This document shows, piece after piece, positions 1 through 11,890 of a stretch of DNA of 64,000 bases. Numbering within the stretch: the first letter of the stretch is position 1; each line of letters opens with the position of its first letter. The notes under the pieces were generated by a model. The model searched no databases. It was given only the letters and a program-made list of their open reading frames with translations, and had not been told where the DNA came from. The translations under genes were made by a program, and so were the position numbers. Source of the DNA: Phoronis australis (Eukaryota; Animalia; Phoronida); the NCBI GenBank assembly GCA_002633005.1, contig NMRA01000047.1:250913-314912 (forward strand). Direction: 5' to 3'.

Positions 1-40
1 GCAGCACCATCTGGTGGAGGATGGACACATCGTGATCCAG
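1..40 (+). CDS. NSUN7: NSUN7 exon (5'-truncated by window edge), QHHLVEDGHIVIQ
   Basis: Ends CAG|GTATGA in phase 0 and joins DKS of the next exon to give the IQDKS motif. Confidence 0.85.
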
Positions 41-3000
41 GTATGACGCGCACATGATTGATCAGGCTTCATTATTGTAGAAATTCTTCAATTTAGAGCA
101 GCCTTGTGACCTAAAACTTGTGGAAGAAGTGAAATTTTCGCATGTTTTGATTAAATCAAAGACATTGAGTTTTTCTTAATGTAATAATTTCTTCCGTAAT
201 AAGTTACACTTAAGATCAGAAATTTCCATTTTATTGAAACTCATGGATATCATACAGATGTTAAAGAAACGAGGTAAGCAATAGTCGTGAGTCAAATGAG
301 ACACTTCACAATCCAGCTGATTCTGTCTCCATTTTAACCACAGAAAACTGATTAGTTCAGATGTACACCAACACTGAGGGACGTGGACAATTACTGCATG
401 GATTGATTTTCAAATTTACCATACTTACCTAATGATTTTTATTGGGGAATAAGAGAAAATGTGTGTTATATATGTAAATAATTACCCACAGAACAGTGAA
501 ATCTCCCCATTATACAAAAATAATTGCTAAAATTGGCCTTTTTATTTTTCAAAGGCTTCTATGGTGATTGTTGTTAAAGTGCTCAATTTCTCAGACTGAT
601 TGCCTGATGGCCACTATGGTATAGTTCTTTAAAAATTACATAGCATTTATACACTACTTACACTCTGGTGCTGTTGCAAAAAGTGATCGTTGTGCACTGT
701 TGTTTAGGAAACAAGGTCTTGTTTTAGCAACACAAACATGAAAGTGCGCATGTTCCAAACGTACATGCAGATCCATCGTAATTTGGACATAACACCTTGT
801 TTTCAAGCATAGTGGCAGATTTGTGCAAGTAGCGAATTTGGTGCTTTTTACCTTCTCAGAAAAATTAAAAAATAGTCTTTCACTTGTCAGCCATATTTTG
901 TTCTAATTTTGTTATGTTTTACCATGCTGGTCTGATATAGAGCCCAGTGGTATGCTATTGAAAACCACTCTCCATACGCAGTGTCATGAAATATGTTTGT
1001 AGGACAAGTCAGGATCACTGGGGCCGCACTCTGTGAAAGCTCTTTTGAATGAGGGTGATGACTGTGTCCATGTTAATGTGGGTTCAGGGGCCACAACTGC
1101 CCACCTAGCGAGTCTTGTACAGGCATCGGGTAGTCAGGTCTTTGCATTTGGAGTTCAGTCGCCAGAGCACCAACAGAGTCTTGTGGACATGTTTGCCAAA
1201 CTTGATATTAAAAGTGAGTAGTCATCAAATTGCGTGTACCTGCAGCCACAATGTTTTATCAAAAGTCGTACGCCCAGTCGCCGCTAATGTGGTTATAGGC
1301 TGTGTTTGTCTTCTAAGAGCTCATAAATTTTCATCAATAACTTCCTTCATGGGCTGCTGGGTGCAGATTAAAATCTGCTACAGGGAGAATTTTATGTTGC
1401 TCCATTTGTAGAAATACAGGGTGGATGAGCTGGGGGTCCAGATTTTCTTCGTTCGCTCCAGTCACGACATTGTTTTTACTTGTTTAAATATTTCAAGTGA
1501 CACGTCTGCAATAAAATGTATGTCAATGGATGATACGACGCTATAAAACGAATAACGTTTCTCTATGTTGATTACAGATGTGAAGTTGATTGCGGAAGAT
1601 TTCAATAGCCTGGAACCTGATGACGTCAGGTTCAAGAATACAAAAGTAATTCTAGTCACAGCTGACTGCAGCAAGTCTGGTGTCAGGAACCCAGTCGATT
1701 TTATAGTTAATGAGGGAGAAGGTACATATCTTTTTCTGTTTTCTATTGTTTTACTTGAATAGGGTATTAACTGCAAATTGTGTTCTTTTTACAATTAATT
1801 TATACTGCTTCTTTATATTACTGATTTACTAAATATCACTCCTATGAAGACATTTCTAATTTGTTGTTACCGACTATTATTACTGAGGGCTTGGAATTTT
1901 CCTTGAAGAGGCTTTCCTATTTTGGTTTCGATTTCCTCTCATTTTAATTCCAGTTTCCTCTTTTTTTCTTCTCGTTTTTTATCATTAGTTTGACTTTATT
2001 CCTGTAAAAACGTTTCTTGCTCTTAGATTTTATGACACAAAAACATTTTTATCTCATCAGTCTGTTAATTAGTAGAATGATGCATCACCTGGAATTTTTT
2101 TTTTTTTATTGGTCATTCCATCCTGATTACTATTGCTGTTGCTGTTACTATGTAAGTGGTTTTATGCACCCCCATGTTATATGTGGACGCATCATGCCGT
2201 CAGTCCAGCCGTCCGTCTGGCGTCCGCTGCTCTATCTCCAAAACCATACGTTCTTGACATTTTACTCACATGTTTTTTATGCATGGGACGGCATGAGTGA
2301 ACATTGGGATGGATCTGACTATGGGTGTGCCCCCTAGTGGCAGTTTTAGTTTTTTTACGTTTACCTCCGAGTCTGTATCTTCAATGGTCCTCGACATATT
2401 TTTATAAAATTTGGCGTATAGGCTTCTATTATTGAGATGACGCTATCCTCTGGTTTTCGGATGGATTCAAGGTAGTTTGCGCCACCTAGTGGTCATTTTT
2501 GCTGTTTTCGAGTCTGTTTTGTGTTTCTATCAACCAAACCTGCTCTAAGAATGATTGTGAATATTGGCATGTATGTTTTTACCATGAAGAGGATGGCTGG
2601 TGGTGACAATTTTGACTACTGTGGCACTTCCTAGTGGCTGCTAAGATTACATTTTCTTTTACTACTAATTATCAGCAACGCATGCTCATGGAATCATGCT
2701 TTTACGGTAAAGTCGCGTGATTTTCGGACGGCCCGCCATTTTCGACCAAGAATAAATATTTACGAAATGAGTTTTTCATAGTCCACGAAATTCGTACAAG
2801 GTCCAAAAACTGTTTTTCAAAGATCCTCGAATTTCGGACATTGTCATAAACATCAGAAGTTTGTCCCGCGACTTTCGGACAAGGAAAATTTTAGATACGG
2901 TAATTTGGGATCGACGCAACTCCCGTGTCACTAAAGCGTTCAACGGATGATTACTACTGTATAAGGCTCGAGTCCGAGAATCGGTATAATGGGTTTGTAA

Positions 3001-6000
3001 TTTTTACCTTGTCTTGACGATGTCACGACCGTTACTCGATTGTCTTGCGTTTAGCTTGTGTTTGGCGCTTTAGCTATGAAAAGAATCACCGAGTTCCGCC
3101 TAACGAAAATTTCTGATGAAAATACAAATAGGAAATACACCGAAGGCTGCAACTTTTCGTTGTNNNNNNNNNNNNNNNNNNNNNNNNNNNNNNNNNNNNN
3201 NNNNNNNNNNNNNNNNNNNNNNNNNNNNNNNNNNNNNNNNNNNNNNNNNNNNNNNNNNNNNNNNNNNNNNNNNNNNNNNNNNNNNNNNNNNNNNNNNNNN
3301 NNNNNNNNNNNNNNNNNNNNNNNNNNNNNNNNNNNNNNNNNNNNNNNNNNNNNNNNNNNNNNNNNNNNNNNNNNNNNNNNNNNNNNAACAACGCAAACCA
3401 GACCCACTCATTGGAAAGCCCATATTTGTCACCAGGAAGACTCTTTTTTCACAACGCAGCCCGATATTTCAAGTGAGATAGCGCAGTTTTGAAAAGATTC
3501 CGTCACTTGCCGAGAACGGTTTTTGAGCATCGGCAATGCAAGCCGAATATTTCATATTGAGAAAGCGCATCTTTGAAAAGAAGAACCAACACTTGTCGGG
3601 AACGGTCTTGTGCGTCGACAGCGCACATTTCTTATTGGGAAAGCCAGATTTTCAAAAATTAATCGCGCAGACCATTTGAGTCTCATTTACCTGCAATTGT
3701 ACTGCTATCAAATGAACGAGCCAGCAATGTTGATACTATGACCGCTCATCGAAATAATGTACACTCGCGAAATTCGGACACTAGCGGAAACCCAAATTTG
3801 GAGGTCCGCCAAATTCGGACACCACAGAAATGATGTTTCGCGAGATTCGTCCAAGAATGAATTTTTTCTATTGGAATTAATTTTCAGTGTCCGAAAATCA
3901 CGCGACTTTACCGTAGTTATCTCAATGTCATTTGTGTTCTATTACTGTTACAGGGGCTGATACAGGATTTCTTGAAAGGGGTCAATTCAAAGATTTTTTA
4001 AAAAGTCAATTTGAAAATTCTAGTGGGAAAAAAGAGGGTTTCGGACCACTTTGACCCCCTGGATCCCCCTTTGTGTATTCATAACTTCTAGTACTAAAAT
4101 AATTACTTAATATATATTGTCATTACTGTCATATTGTTATATATCTTTATGTTATACCTTTTACAACTTAATGTTTCGATTGCAGATCCTAAAATCCTCC
4201 ATCATCTATCTGCTGGTGAAAACAGCATGACTAGATCGGGAGATCTTGTCAACTCACATTCAACAAGTCTTCGAAAAGCCATGAAATGTAAGCTGCAGTT
4301 ACTATGAACCCCTCCTCATCTGATGGGCTTAAGCAGCTTGGTTCCCCATATTCAGTTACCTAGTTAGCTACTTTTTTAATTGTTTAATGTGAAAAACTAA
4401 TGTACAGTAATTGCAGTTAAACCTAATAGAAAGCATTGTCTTCTTCATTTTGAAGTTCCCTTTTGGGTAGAATGTACCCTGTAATTGATTGCCCTGTAGT
4501 GAAAGTTCCCCAGTTTGGGACCATCTCTAGAATTTGGGATGCCGAAGTTCAAGTCAAGAAATGCATTTTCGTGATTCTGGAGTTAAGGACATGAGCGATT
4601 TTGACATTCATCATATTTTTCAAATGACTGATACTGCATTTTGTATCAAACAACATTTAAAATGGCACCCTATCACAACTGATTCCAAAATTTTGGACAT
4701 GGACAATTTAGCCGTTTTTCTGGCAGATTTTAAATTTAGGAAAGCCATTATTTCTCAGTTCTAAAATTTGGTAAAAGTTTTCACCATGAGCAAAATAATT
4801 AATTTTTCACTCCGTACTGAGGAATTTCTATGATAAAATGTCTTTCTCTTATATCTTATTTACAATTTTTGTGAGGTTATTGAATAATAAAATTAAAAAT
4901 TCATCATGATTCTTGGGATTATATCATATTAAATGTTATTGATATGAGAATTTAAATGAAGTGTAGCAATCACATATATTTTGTATTTGGACACAAGTTA
5001 CAATGGGAATGTAACATTTCTGTCTGAAATTAAATCTGAAAGTTCAAAATGCTTTCATTGTTACCTTTTATTGTTTGTGATTATGAATATAATTTTCATG
5101 AAATTTTCTTGTTTTCCAACACCTACGATGTTGATATTTATCAGTTACACACTCAGTTACGTGTTATATTGTAGTTCCAAGAGTCCAAGGGGTAGTGTAT
5201 ACAACGCGCTCTATTGACAAGGTAGAAAATGAGAATATTGTTAGTCGCTGTGTGGACTCCTTGAACACATCCAACCCTCAACGGAAGTCATGGCGCGTTG
5301 GACCACCAGTGATTCAATTGGATAGTGAGGAGTCGAAGAAGAACGTAGACAAATATTTACGATTTCCATCTACAGCGTCCCAGTGTGGCTGCTTTACTGC
5401 TGTGCTGGTCAAAGAAGTATGTTCTGTGAATGATAGCAGTTTGGTTATATGATTACAAATTGATCTTTGATCTAGTAGCTCCACGCAGATCTTTGGAATG
5501 ATACAAAAGTTCTGTTCAGTTTTCTGTGTTTTGGAATTGGAATAAGTTTTAAGTTATTAATTTATTCTGCCATTTTGCATATTATAATGTCTTGTTTCCA
5601 TATGCTGCAAGTCACAGAATGAAAGTTGATTCATTTAATTACCTGTATTTCAACTGTGCCCAAATTTAAAAAAATAATAATACCGTAATCGTTCGGGTTA
5701 ACGCCCTGGGCGGTTAAATTGGCGAACCCAAAAAATCGGGGGTGGGCGGTTAACCAGACATGGGCGCTTAAACGTGAAATTTCAAGAAATCGGGGGGNGT
5801 TAACCGAGCAGTGGGCGGTTAAATCGAAATTCACCTAAAGTAGGGGGTGGGCGGTTAACTGAGCATGGGCGTTAACCCGAACGATTACGGTAGTTATATT
5901 CTTTGTTTGCATATTACACAGTCATCTTTTTCAGTGTCCAGGAATTGAACTGGCAACATGCTCTTGTTTGACAATGTTCCCCACAGCTCTTGACTTGTCA

Positions 6001-9000
6001 TTGCGGCATGATTGAATTTTGTTGTGACGACTCTGACTTGCGTCAAATTTGAAAACCTATTCATTTTTAAACAAATTAGAACACTGGATTTTGGGTACAA
6101 GTTCAGTGCATTTATTCCAAAACTTAGCAGACAAGTTCCCTACATTATGGACATGGTTTTTCAAACACGGTAAAAATTTTGTCATTCCAGTCGAATTTTA
6201 AAGTTTCTGTTGTGGACGGCACTGCTTGAAAACTTCTAGCATTTTATGATAATTAATCCAACATTTTCAAATACATTTTATTGCTTGTTACTTGCATGAT
6301 TATTTTATTTTGCTGTTTTTGAGAGATGTGTTTAAGAAAATAAGAAACAATCATTTTCGTTACTGAAGGCTGAAGAGATTCCCAAGGAGTCTGCCAAAGA
6401 TGTCCTCGCCCGAGCTGCCGGTTTATTGGACAGTATGGGTGAAAAAAAGAAGAAGAAGACGAAACAGGAAGTGAGGAAGGCAGACGACATTGTAACACAT
6501 ACTACCACTAAGTCGGCCATTAGGAAACCAAAAGTAGTGTCACCTCGTAGGACAGTGACCTCGAAGAAAGTGTCACCGACAAGGCGTCGACACGCTGGTA
6601 GGTGGAACAATACAAAGTCATGTGCAGGAAAAAATTGTGCAGGTGGTCTGATACACATTGCATCAGACGTGGGCTGGGCACTCAGCCAGGCCTACACGAA
6701 ACACCTAAAATCGTTTTTCATTTATTAATATAGACATGTAACACATAGATGCATATATACACGAATTAAGACCAAGGTAAGATTACCTAGAGACCTGACT
6801 TGAGGGTCTAGCAGTGGCGTCCAGTGTGATTTGAACCTGCACGAACTTGTAAACAGGAGGTGGACAGACAAACTCGCTGGGTGACACTTCCTCCCACATG
6901 GCAGAGCTTGGTTTGTCTTAAAAACAAGAACCTGTTTAACAGTTGGTTTAACAGGTGGATAAAAAGTGACATTGTTTTTGGACGTAGCTTTTGATATTAA
7001 GAATACTTTATGGGTCTAAAATATTCCTAAGGTGTGCTAATATTTCCTATGTAAAGAAAACAGACAACATACACTGCCCAGAAGAGCTAGTTATTACAAA
7101 ATAGGTATTGTTTTGTGTTCACTTGTACTGAAAATTGTCCATCACAGGTAAGAATGACTGAGTGTGCTCACAGTTTAGTCTCCGTGGGAAGGTTTACGTG
7201 TCTGTTAAGAGGTTTTGCAGTGTGAAAAAATACCCATCAACTTTGTTGATCTTCAGGTCATCAACTTGTCTCGGTCTCAAATTAATTTGCCGTCGCGTTT
7301 TGAAGTTATTACAAGTACAAAGTAGTATCACCTGCATCCTGTAGATGACTGAAACTCAACTCTGCAATTGACTTTATTCCCATCTAGATGTTTTCACAAG
7401 ACTGTATGAGTTCAGATCAGGTAAAGTTTTTAATGTTGAACTGGAATGCCTTAGCTTAGAGTTACTGTTAGTGTTTTAATTGTCCATCAGGTGGCATACT
7501 TATTTAGTGTCTTAGTTCTTTACTACAGTGTAGACCAAATTTCTCGTCAGTTTGTTTTGTTGAAAACAAGATACAGAAGTGAATTTTTATCTTATCAATT
7601 CATTGCTTTTGGGTTTTTTAGCCAGGGTGTAGAGGGAGGCAGCATAATTCATGTCTCTTCTCAGACCAGATGCATGGATTTAGAGGGGGGGCAGGAGGCC
7701 TGCTCTCCCTATTGGTGCCTGCAAGCCTTGTATGCTATTGATAGTGACTAACACAGAATTTTTTCTTTGAAAATTGTGGTTACCCCTTCGACATCATTGA
7801 TCCACCAGTGATTATTTGGGCCCCACTGGGTCTAATCTTTGCACTTGAAGTCAAACTTGAAATTACTTTTTGCGTTTTGTTTTATAGTGTTGTGCAAACT
7901 CCATGCACAAGTACAGTGTGGCTTATGCCGGTTGGTTTCTTAGTTGTACAAGTTCGCACTTGACAACCCACTGCATTTAGGCTTTATGATGAGTTTGAAC
8001 TTGAAATCTTGTGTTTTTGTTTAAGTTTGTAGCTTGAAGTTAGGGATCAAATTCGAACTTGGAATCAAAACACATCAGCCTTAATCGTAATGTTCTCAAA
8101 CACAGAATAACATACACTTCTATCTTGAGTTGGTGCCAAAACACAAAATGTCAAGTTCAAGTTCAATTTTGAATAAGAAGATATGAGCTCCTGGAGGTGG
8201 ATCGAATCTTGCTAGCAAGACGGACATGTGGGGACTAGATATGTGTGTATGGGAGATTAGGAGTTAGAGGTCGGGTGGGGTGTTGTTTTTTAGCTGGAAG
8301 TCATCTTAATTGAAAGTTTAAGGCGATGATGGCAAACCTCATAAGGGGTAGCATACGCATACCATGTAAGGTTTGGGGGAAGTAAAAGTTGGCTACAATT
8401 CAGGCCGGCCTTGGCTATTCAGCCCAATAATCTGGTCTGAGATATTCAGAATCCTCAGGGCAACACAATGATCTCCTCAGCCATGCAGGACCATAAAAGG
8501 TTTTTTAAGCTGCATGTGTTTACTCACACAAGCCAACTGGAGATCAGAATTCACAAAGAACTGCTTTCACTCCAGGCCTTGCATGTCAATTTCATAAGAC
8601 CTCTACTGTGTGAATGACACCCATGATTCACATCCATCTGCAAAATTGTGAGCCACTAGCGCAAGGTGTCTGCTCAAAGATTTTCCTTATGGTATTTAGT
8701 CACCAGTTTGAGGTACTGTTATGGCGAACAATTGAAAATTTATTTCATGATTTTTTCCAAAAACGATGAGTATTAAATAACTTCTAGGTATTTTTAGTTC
8801 TATACCAAACAGATACCATGTGACTACCGTAATCGTTCGGGTTAACGCCCATGCTCAGTTAACCGCCCATCCCCGACTTTAAGTGGATTTTCGATTTAAC
8901 TGCCCACTGCTCGGTTAAGCGCCCCCCTGTGATTTTTGAAGATTTCCAGTTAAGCGCCCAGGCGTTAACCCGAACGATTATGGTATGTTTGAGAAATTGT

Positions 9001-11890
9001 AGGCTTTTGCAGGAATATGAGAAAAAACATTCAAAGAATGCAAAAATATCAAATTTGTTCATATTTTTTTGTCCAAAATGTTATCCTATTTATACCTGCA
9101 GTGTATGACTATTTCAGCTCAAAAGTCTTTTGACTTCTGTGTCCATAGCAATTAGCTTTTATTGCCCCTGTGACCGCTCCTATTTGGTGGCTCATGTGGC
9201 CACGCTATGAAGCCTTCCATTGTCACCTGACTGCTGGTTCGTACTGAGTGTTGATAGGTGCATGGCTACATTTGGTTCACTGTGCCAGCTAGCTGATAGT
9301 TGGCAACGCTGTTTACCATCCTGCTGTGGCTGTGTAACATTAAGACTGTTCTGTTGAGCAAATACAGTCCTATACTAAGGTCTGGTTGTATTGGGATTTC
9401 TGTTCAGTTGTTTTGACTTTCAGATTGAATTAAGTTGCCATCTCTGTTGTTAAAAATGAATTGCCCTTTGATGTTACTATGTATTACAAAGTGTTAACTG
9501 AAGGGTTCAACAATTGTGTAGTTGTACTTAGCATGCTGCTTTCTTATTCGTTGCCAATTTAGAGGATCATGGTAACCATTTTGAAGCCGTTTTTGAACAA
9601 TTCGATATATTCTACTTATAAAATGTGGTTTGAATCTTTTCAATTAAAATGAAATTAGTAAAAATTAAAATTCCTCAAACCGGAAGTGTGAGGGATGAAC
9701 AATTTCCAAAAATGTCACTCGGAATATTAGCTACTGTACGCCCTCATTTTTCTTATTGTTCAATAGTGAAGATGCCAGTCCAAACCCTGGTAATAGTATT
9801 ATAGCTTACTCCGCCCATCAGACTCGGTGTTTGCATTGTGTCACAAGTGTTTTGAAGAATTAATTTTAATTAATTTCATTTTAAATGAAATTAGCTACAA
9901 AACTCATTATTCATTTTCAGAGCATGTACAATATGCCAATTTAACTAAGAGTACCTTCAAAACGAAACATTTATCTTCACATCATAATTGTAATGACGTA
10001 GATATTACGTGATAGCTACTGTATAGTGGTATCCATATCCTACTGAATGTCTTTACAGCTGTACCAACAGTCAGAACCCGTGGTTGTTATTTTCAAGTTG
10101 TCAGGGGAACTCTGTTGAAACCTGAGGCATCTGTATCATAGTTGCTACCAAAATGATATAAAACTTTGTTAGTGAAATTTTCAAAATCGGACAGTCTTTT
10201 CGAGACTGCTAATAGTCTTGTCGAAGTTGGGCAAATGACATGAGAATGTCTGATAAAAGTTGATTTGACTGTAATTGTGTACCATGTAAAAATCAAACAA
10301 AGTTACTACAGCAGGGAACGAACACGAAAAAAAGAGAATGATATCAAGTTACACTTTTGACTAATGAATTGCAAGAATGCTGCATGATTTCAGCATGAGG
10401 AAATGGTGTTGATTTTTGAAAAACTACGGATAAACGTTCTTTACCTTAATGGATTGGTAATCATTATGTTTAGAGTCTTCCCCGGTCGAACCATCTCCAC
10501 CTGGTGTTTCAACTGAAGGTATTCAAATCTCCTCGAATGCTTCGATGAGTGCTCAAAGTCTTGCTTGCATGCATGTCCCTTGCTTGTCTCCATGCATGAA
10601 TTAAACTTCCATTTTGCTTCATTGTGTCGTCTCTGTTGCGTGTAATGCGCATGATCAAGAACTATAATGTGTAGCTGCATCCCCATTGGTTGAAAATGTT
10701 TTCTCAATTTCTGAACTGAGTATTATTATAGCTTTACTTCTTTGTCTCACTTGATAGGGAAAAATCTCATGAATTGCCAAAATTATTCTTTTTTTCATTT
10801 TTCAAAAGCTTCTGACATTGCCATGAATGGTCACAGTTTGTCAAAACATACTCTGATGGTTGATTAGCGCTATACAAATTAGCTTTTGAACTTTTTCTGA
10901 TGGTATGTACTTGCTATACCAACTACCTTTTGAACGTTTTCTGGAGTGCTATACCAACTTAAGCTTCTGTTGGCAGTGTTTTGACAAATTGTATGCATTC
11001 ACAACAATATTTGTCAAATGGAAAAACATGGCAACTGTTTTGTCAGAAAAACATTCTATTTGTTGCTTCTTATCTGTAATGAAAAATCAAAAGAATTTCA
11101 TTTGTTTGTCATATTGTGTCATATTGGTGAGGTTTTAACATACTGAAATATTTTAATTGACATTGATTGAAAAATAACTATGATCTTTCTTTGTTTTAAT
11201 TGGAATTTAATTTTTAAGTTTCATGAAATAATCTGGAGTCATTTTGTAAATCCTCAATATACTAGAGTAAAATTGCTGGTTACATTGTTTGGTTGATTTT
11301 GAATTGTTTACTGTTGAGCCTTCTGTACCGTAGACAGTGTTCACCACTACAGAATATTCAAACTTAAAGTACAATTGCAAAATTATGAGCAAATCAAAGT
11401 CTATGTCTTTGCTGTGGGAAAGGTGTTAGCAAGCAAATCCTTGAAGTCAGTCTACTGAACTGATGCCAAACATCAAAAATGTCACGTTTGGCTGAACAAT
11501 AGCTAATCTTCTATGAGATAAAACTCACTGAATTGCTTTTCAAACTCAGTTCAGGTGAGTCAAACTCGCCACAACGAAATCTAATCAAATTTGCGGAAGA
11601 CACTGCTTGTTATTGACAAGAGGTGGGTAACTATGAATTTTTTTCATAAACAATCATCATGATACAAATTTGTTTATTTATGAGTCAATTTGTTCTGATT
11701 TTTATTTTGTATTGAAAAATTTGTTGTTCAAGATGTACAATGTGCTTTAGGTCCAAAAGAGTCAAAGAAGAAGTCGTCTAAAGCAGCTGAGAGCCACCAG
11801 TCTGCTGTACCAGTAAAATCCACTCCACCACAAGCTGAGGATAACATGCCTAGAAAGAAGACGGCTCTCAAACCCAAGCCATTTAGGTAA
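1..11890 (+). CDS. NSUN7: NSUN7-like RsmB/NOP2-family RNA m5C methyltransferase homolog, 5'-partial. Join of <1-40, 1003-1213, 1578-1721, 4186-4287, 5175-5416, 6369-6597, (7388-7420), (10474-10518), 11751-11890
   Basis: The spliced product ...GHIVIQDKSGSLGPHSVKALLNEGDD...KVILVTADCSKSGVRNPVDFIVNEGED...KAMKFPRVQGVVYTTRSIDKVENE...GCFTAVLVKE...KDVLARAAGLLD matches NSUN7 hallmarks recalled from the human protein (QDKSRSLAVHSVKALLN, NPVEFILNE, DVLARAAAKGLLD). All junctions are GT-AG with consistent phases. Confidence 0.92.
1003..1213 (+). CDS. NSUN7: NSUN7 exon, DKSGSLGPHSVKALLN...MFAKLDIK
   Basis: TTTGTAG acceptor, A|GTGAGT donor (phase 1); overlaps ORF 1033-1221. Confidence 0.92.
1578..1721 (+). 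CDS. NSUN7: NSUN7 exon containing motif IV region (VILVTADCSKSG)
   Basis: TTACAG acceptor, G|GTACAT donor; overlaps ORF 1565-1762. Confidence 0.92.
2160..2690 (+). mobile_element. Probable non-autonomous repeat (Helentron/HINE-like) carrying repeated CTAGTGG motifs
   Basis: Begins TTTATGCACCCC, has a CCGTCCGTC-type short repeat and about 150-bp periodic CCTAGTGG blocks. Family assignment is by resemblance only. Confidence 0.4.
2705..3913. mobile_element. Tc1/mariner-superfamily-like non-autonomous DNA transposon (contains an N gap)
   Basis: Perfect 25-bp TIR CGGTAAAGTCGCGTGATTTTCGGAC at both ends, TA on both flanks, internal TTCGGAC subterminal repeats. Confidence 0.85.
3952..4070. mobile_element. 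Short MITE-like repeat of the GGATCCAGGATTT...AAAGGGG...CCCCTGGATCC type
   Basis: Imperfect terminal inverted repeats; shares internal CAATTTGAAAATTCTAG with 40734-40880. Confidence 0.6.
4186..4287 (+). CDS. NSUN7: NSUN7 exon, DPKILHHLSAGENSMTRSGDLVNSHSTSLRKAMK
   Basis: TTGCAG acceptor, T|GTAAGC donor, phase 1/1. Ends in AMKF like the human HAMKF. Confidence 0.88.
5175..5416 (+). CDS. NSUN7: NSUN7 exon containing motif VI region (VVYTTRSI...ENE) and GCF motif
   Basis: TTGTAG acceptor, GAA|GTATGT donor; overlaps ORF 5195-5452. Confidence 0.92.
5683..5890. mobile_element. TA-flanked MITE (Tc1/mariner-like), copy 1
   Basis: TIR CCGTAATCGTTCGGGTTAACGCCC, TA flanks, internal GGGCGGTTAA repeats. 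Confidence 0.88.
6369..6597 (+). CDS. NSUN7: NSUN7 exon, AEEIPKESAKDVLARAAGLLD followed by Lys/Arg-rich tail
   Basis: Phase 0 acceptor (CTGAAG) and DVLARAA motif; G|GTAGGT donor is the best candidate for the 3' boundary. Confidence 0.8.
6785..6895 (-). mobile_element. Degenerate copy of the tRNA-derived SINE, reverse orientation
   Basis: Reverse complement reads GGTTCAAATCACACTGGAC...CTAGACCCTCAAGTCAGGT, matching the copies at 50586 and 58249. Confidence 0.6.
7388..7420 (+). CDS. NSUN7: Candidate 33-nt NSUN7 microexon, DVFTRLYEFRS
   Basis: TTTATTCCCATCTAG acceptor, CAG|GTAAAG donor, phase 1/1, frame-preserving and open. Confidence 0.5.
7990..8170. repeat. Imperfect inverted repeat, probable degraded MITE
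   Basis: TTGAACTTGAAATCTTGTGTTTT near 7996 pairs with AAAACACAAAATGTCAAGTTCAA near 8138-8160. Confidence 0.45.
8827..8983. mobile_element. Same MITE family, copy 2, inverted relative to copy 1
   Basis: Same TIR and TA flanks; its left end CCCATGCTCAGTTAACCGCCC is the reverse complement of the right end of copy 1. Confidence 0.88.
10474..10518 (+). CDS. NSUN7: Candidate 45-nt NSUN7 microexon, (E)SSPVEPSPPGVSTE
   Basis: TGTTTAG acceptor, AAG|GTATTC donor, phase 1/1, frame-preserving; S/P-rich like the flanking tail. Confidence 0.45.
11751..11890 (+). CDS. NSUN7: Probable last NSUN7 coding exon, GPKESKKKSSK...KPKPFR*
   Basis: GCTTTAG acceptor in phase 1, open Lys-rich frame, TAA at 11888-11890. 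AG|GTAACT overlaps the stop, so a further exon cannot be excluded. Confidence 0.65.

Noticed and set aside
3051-3492. Long ORFs spanning N runs (also 23156-23634 and 43457-43989)
   Set aside because: They are artefacts of translating assembly gaps as X.
6598-6728. Read-through of NSUN7 exon 6369 to the stop at 6728 as the true C-terminus
   Set aside because: A phase-compatible donor at 6598 and a better-fitting Lys-rich exon at 11751 exist; intron retention cannot be excluded.
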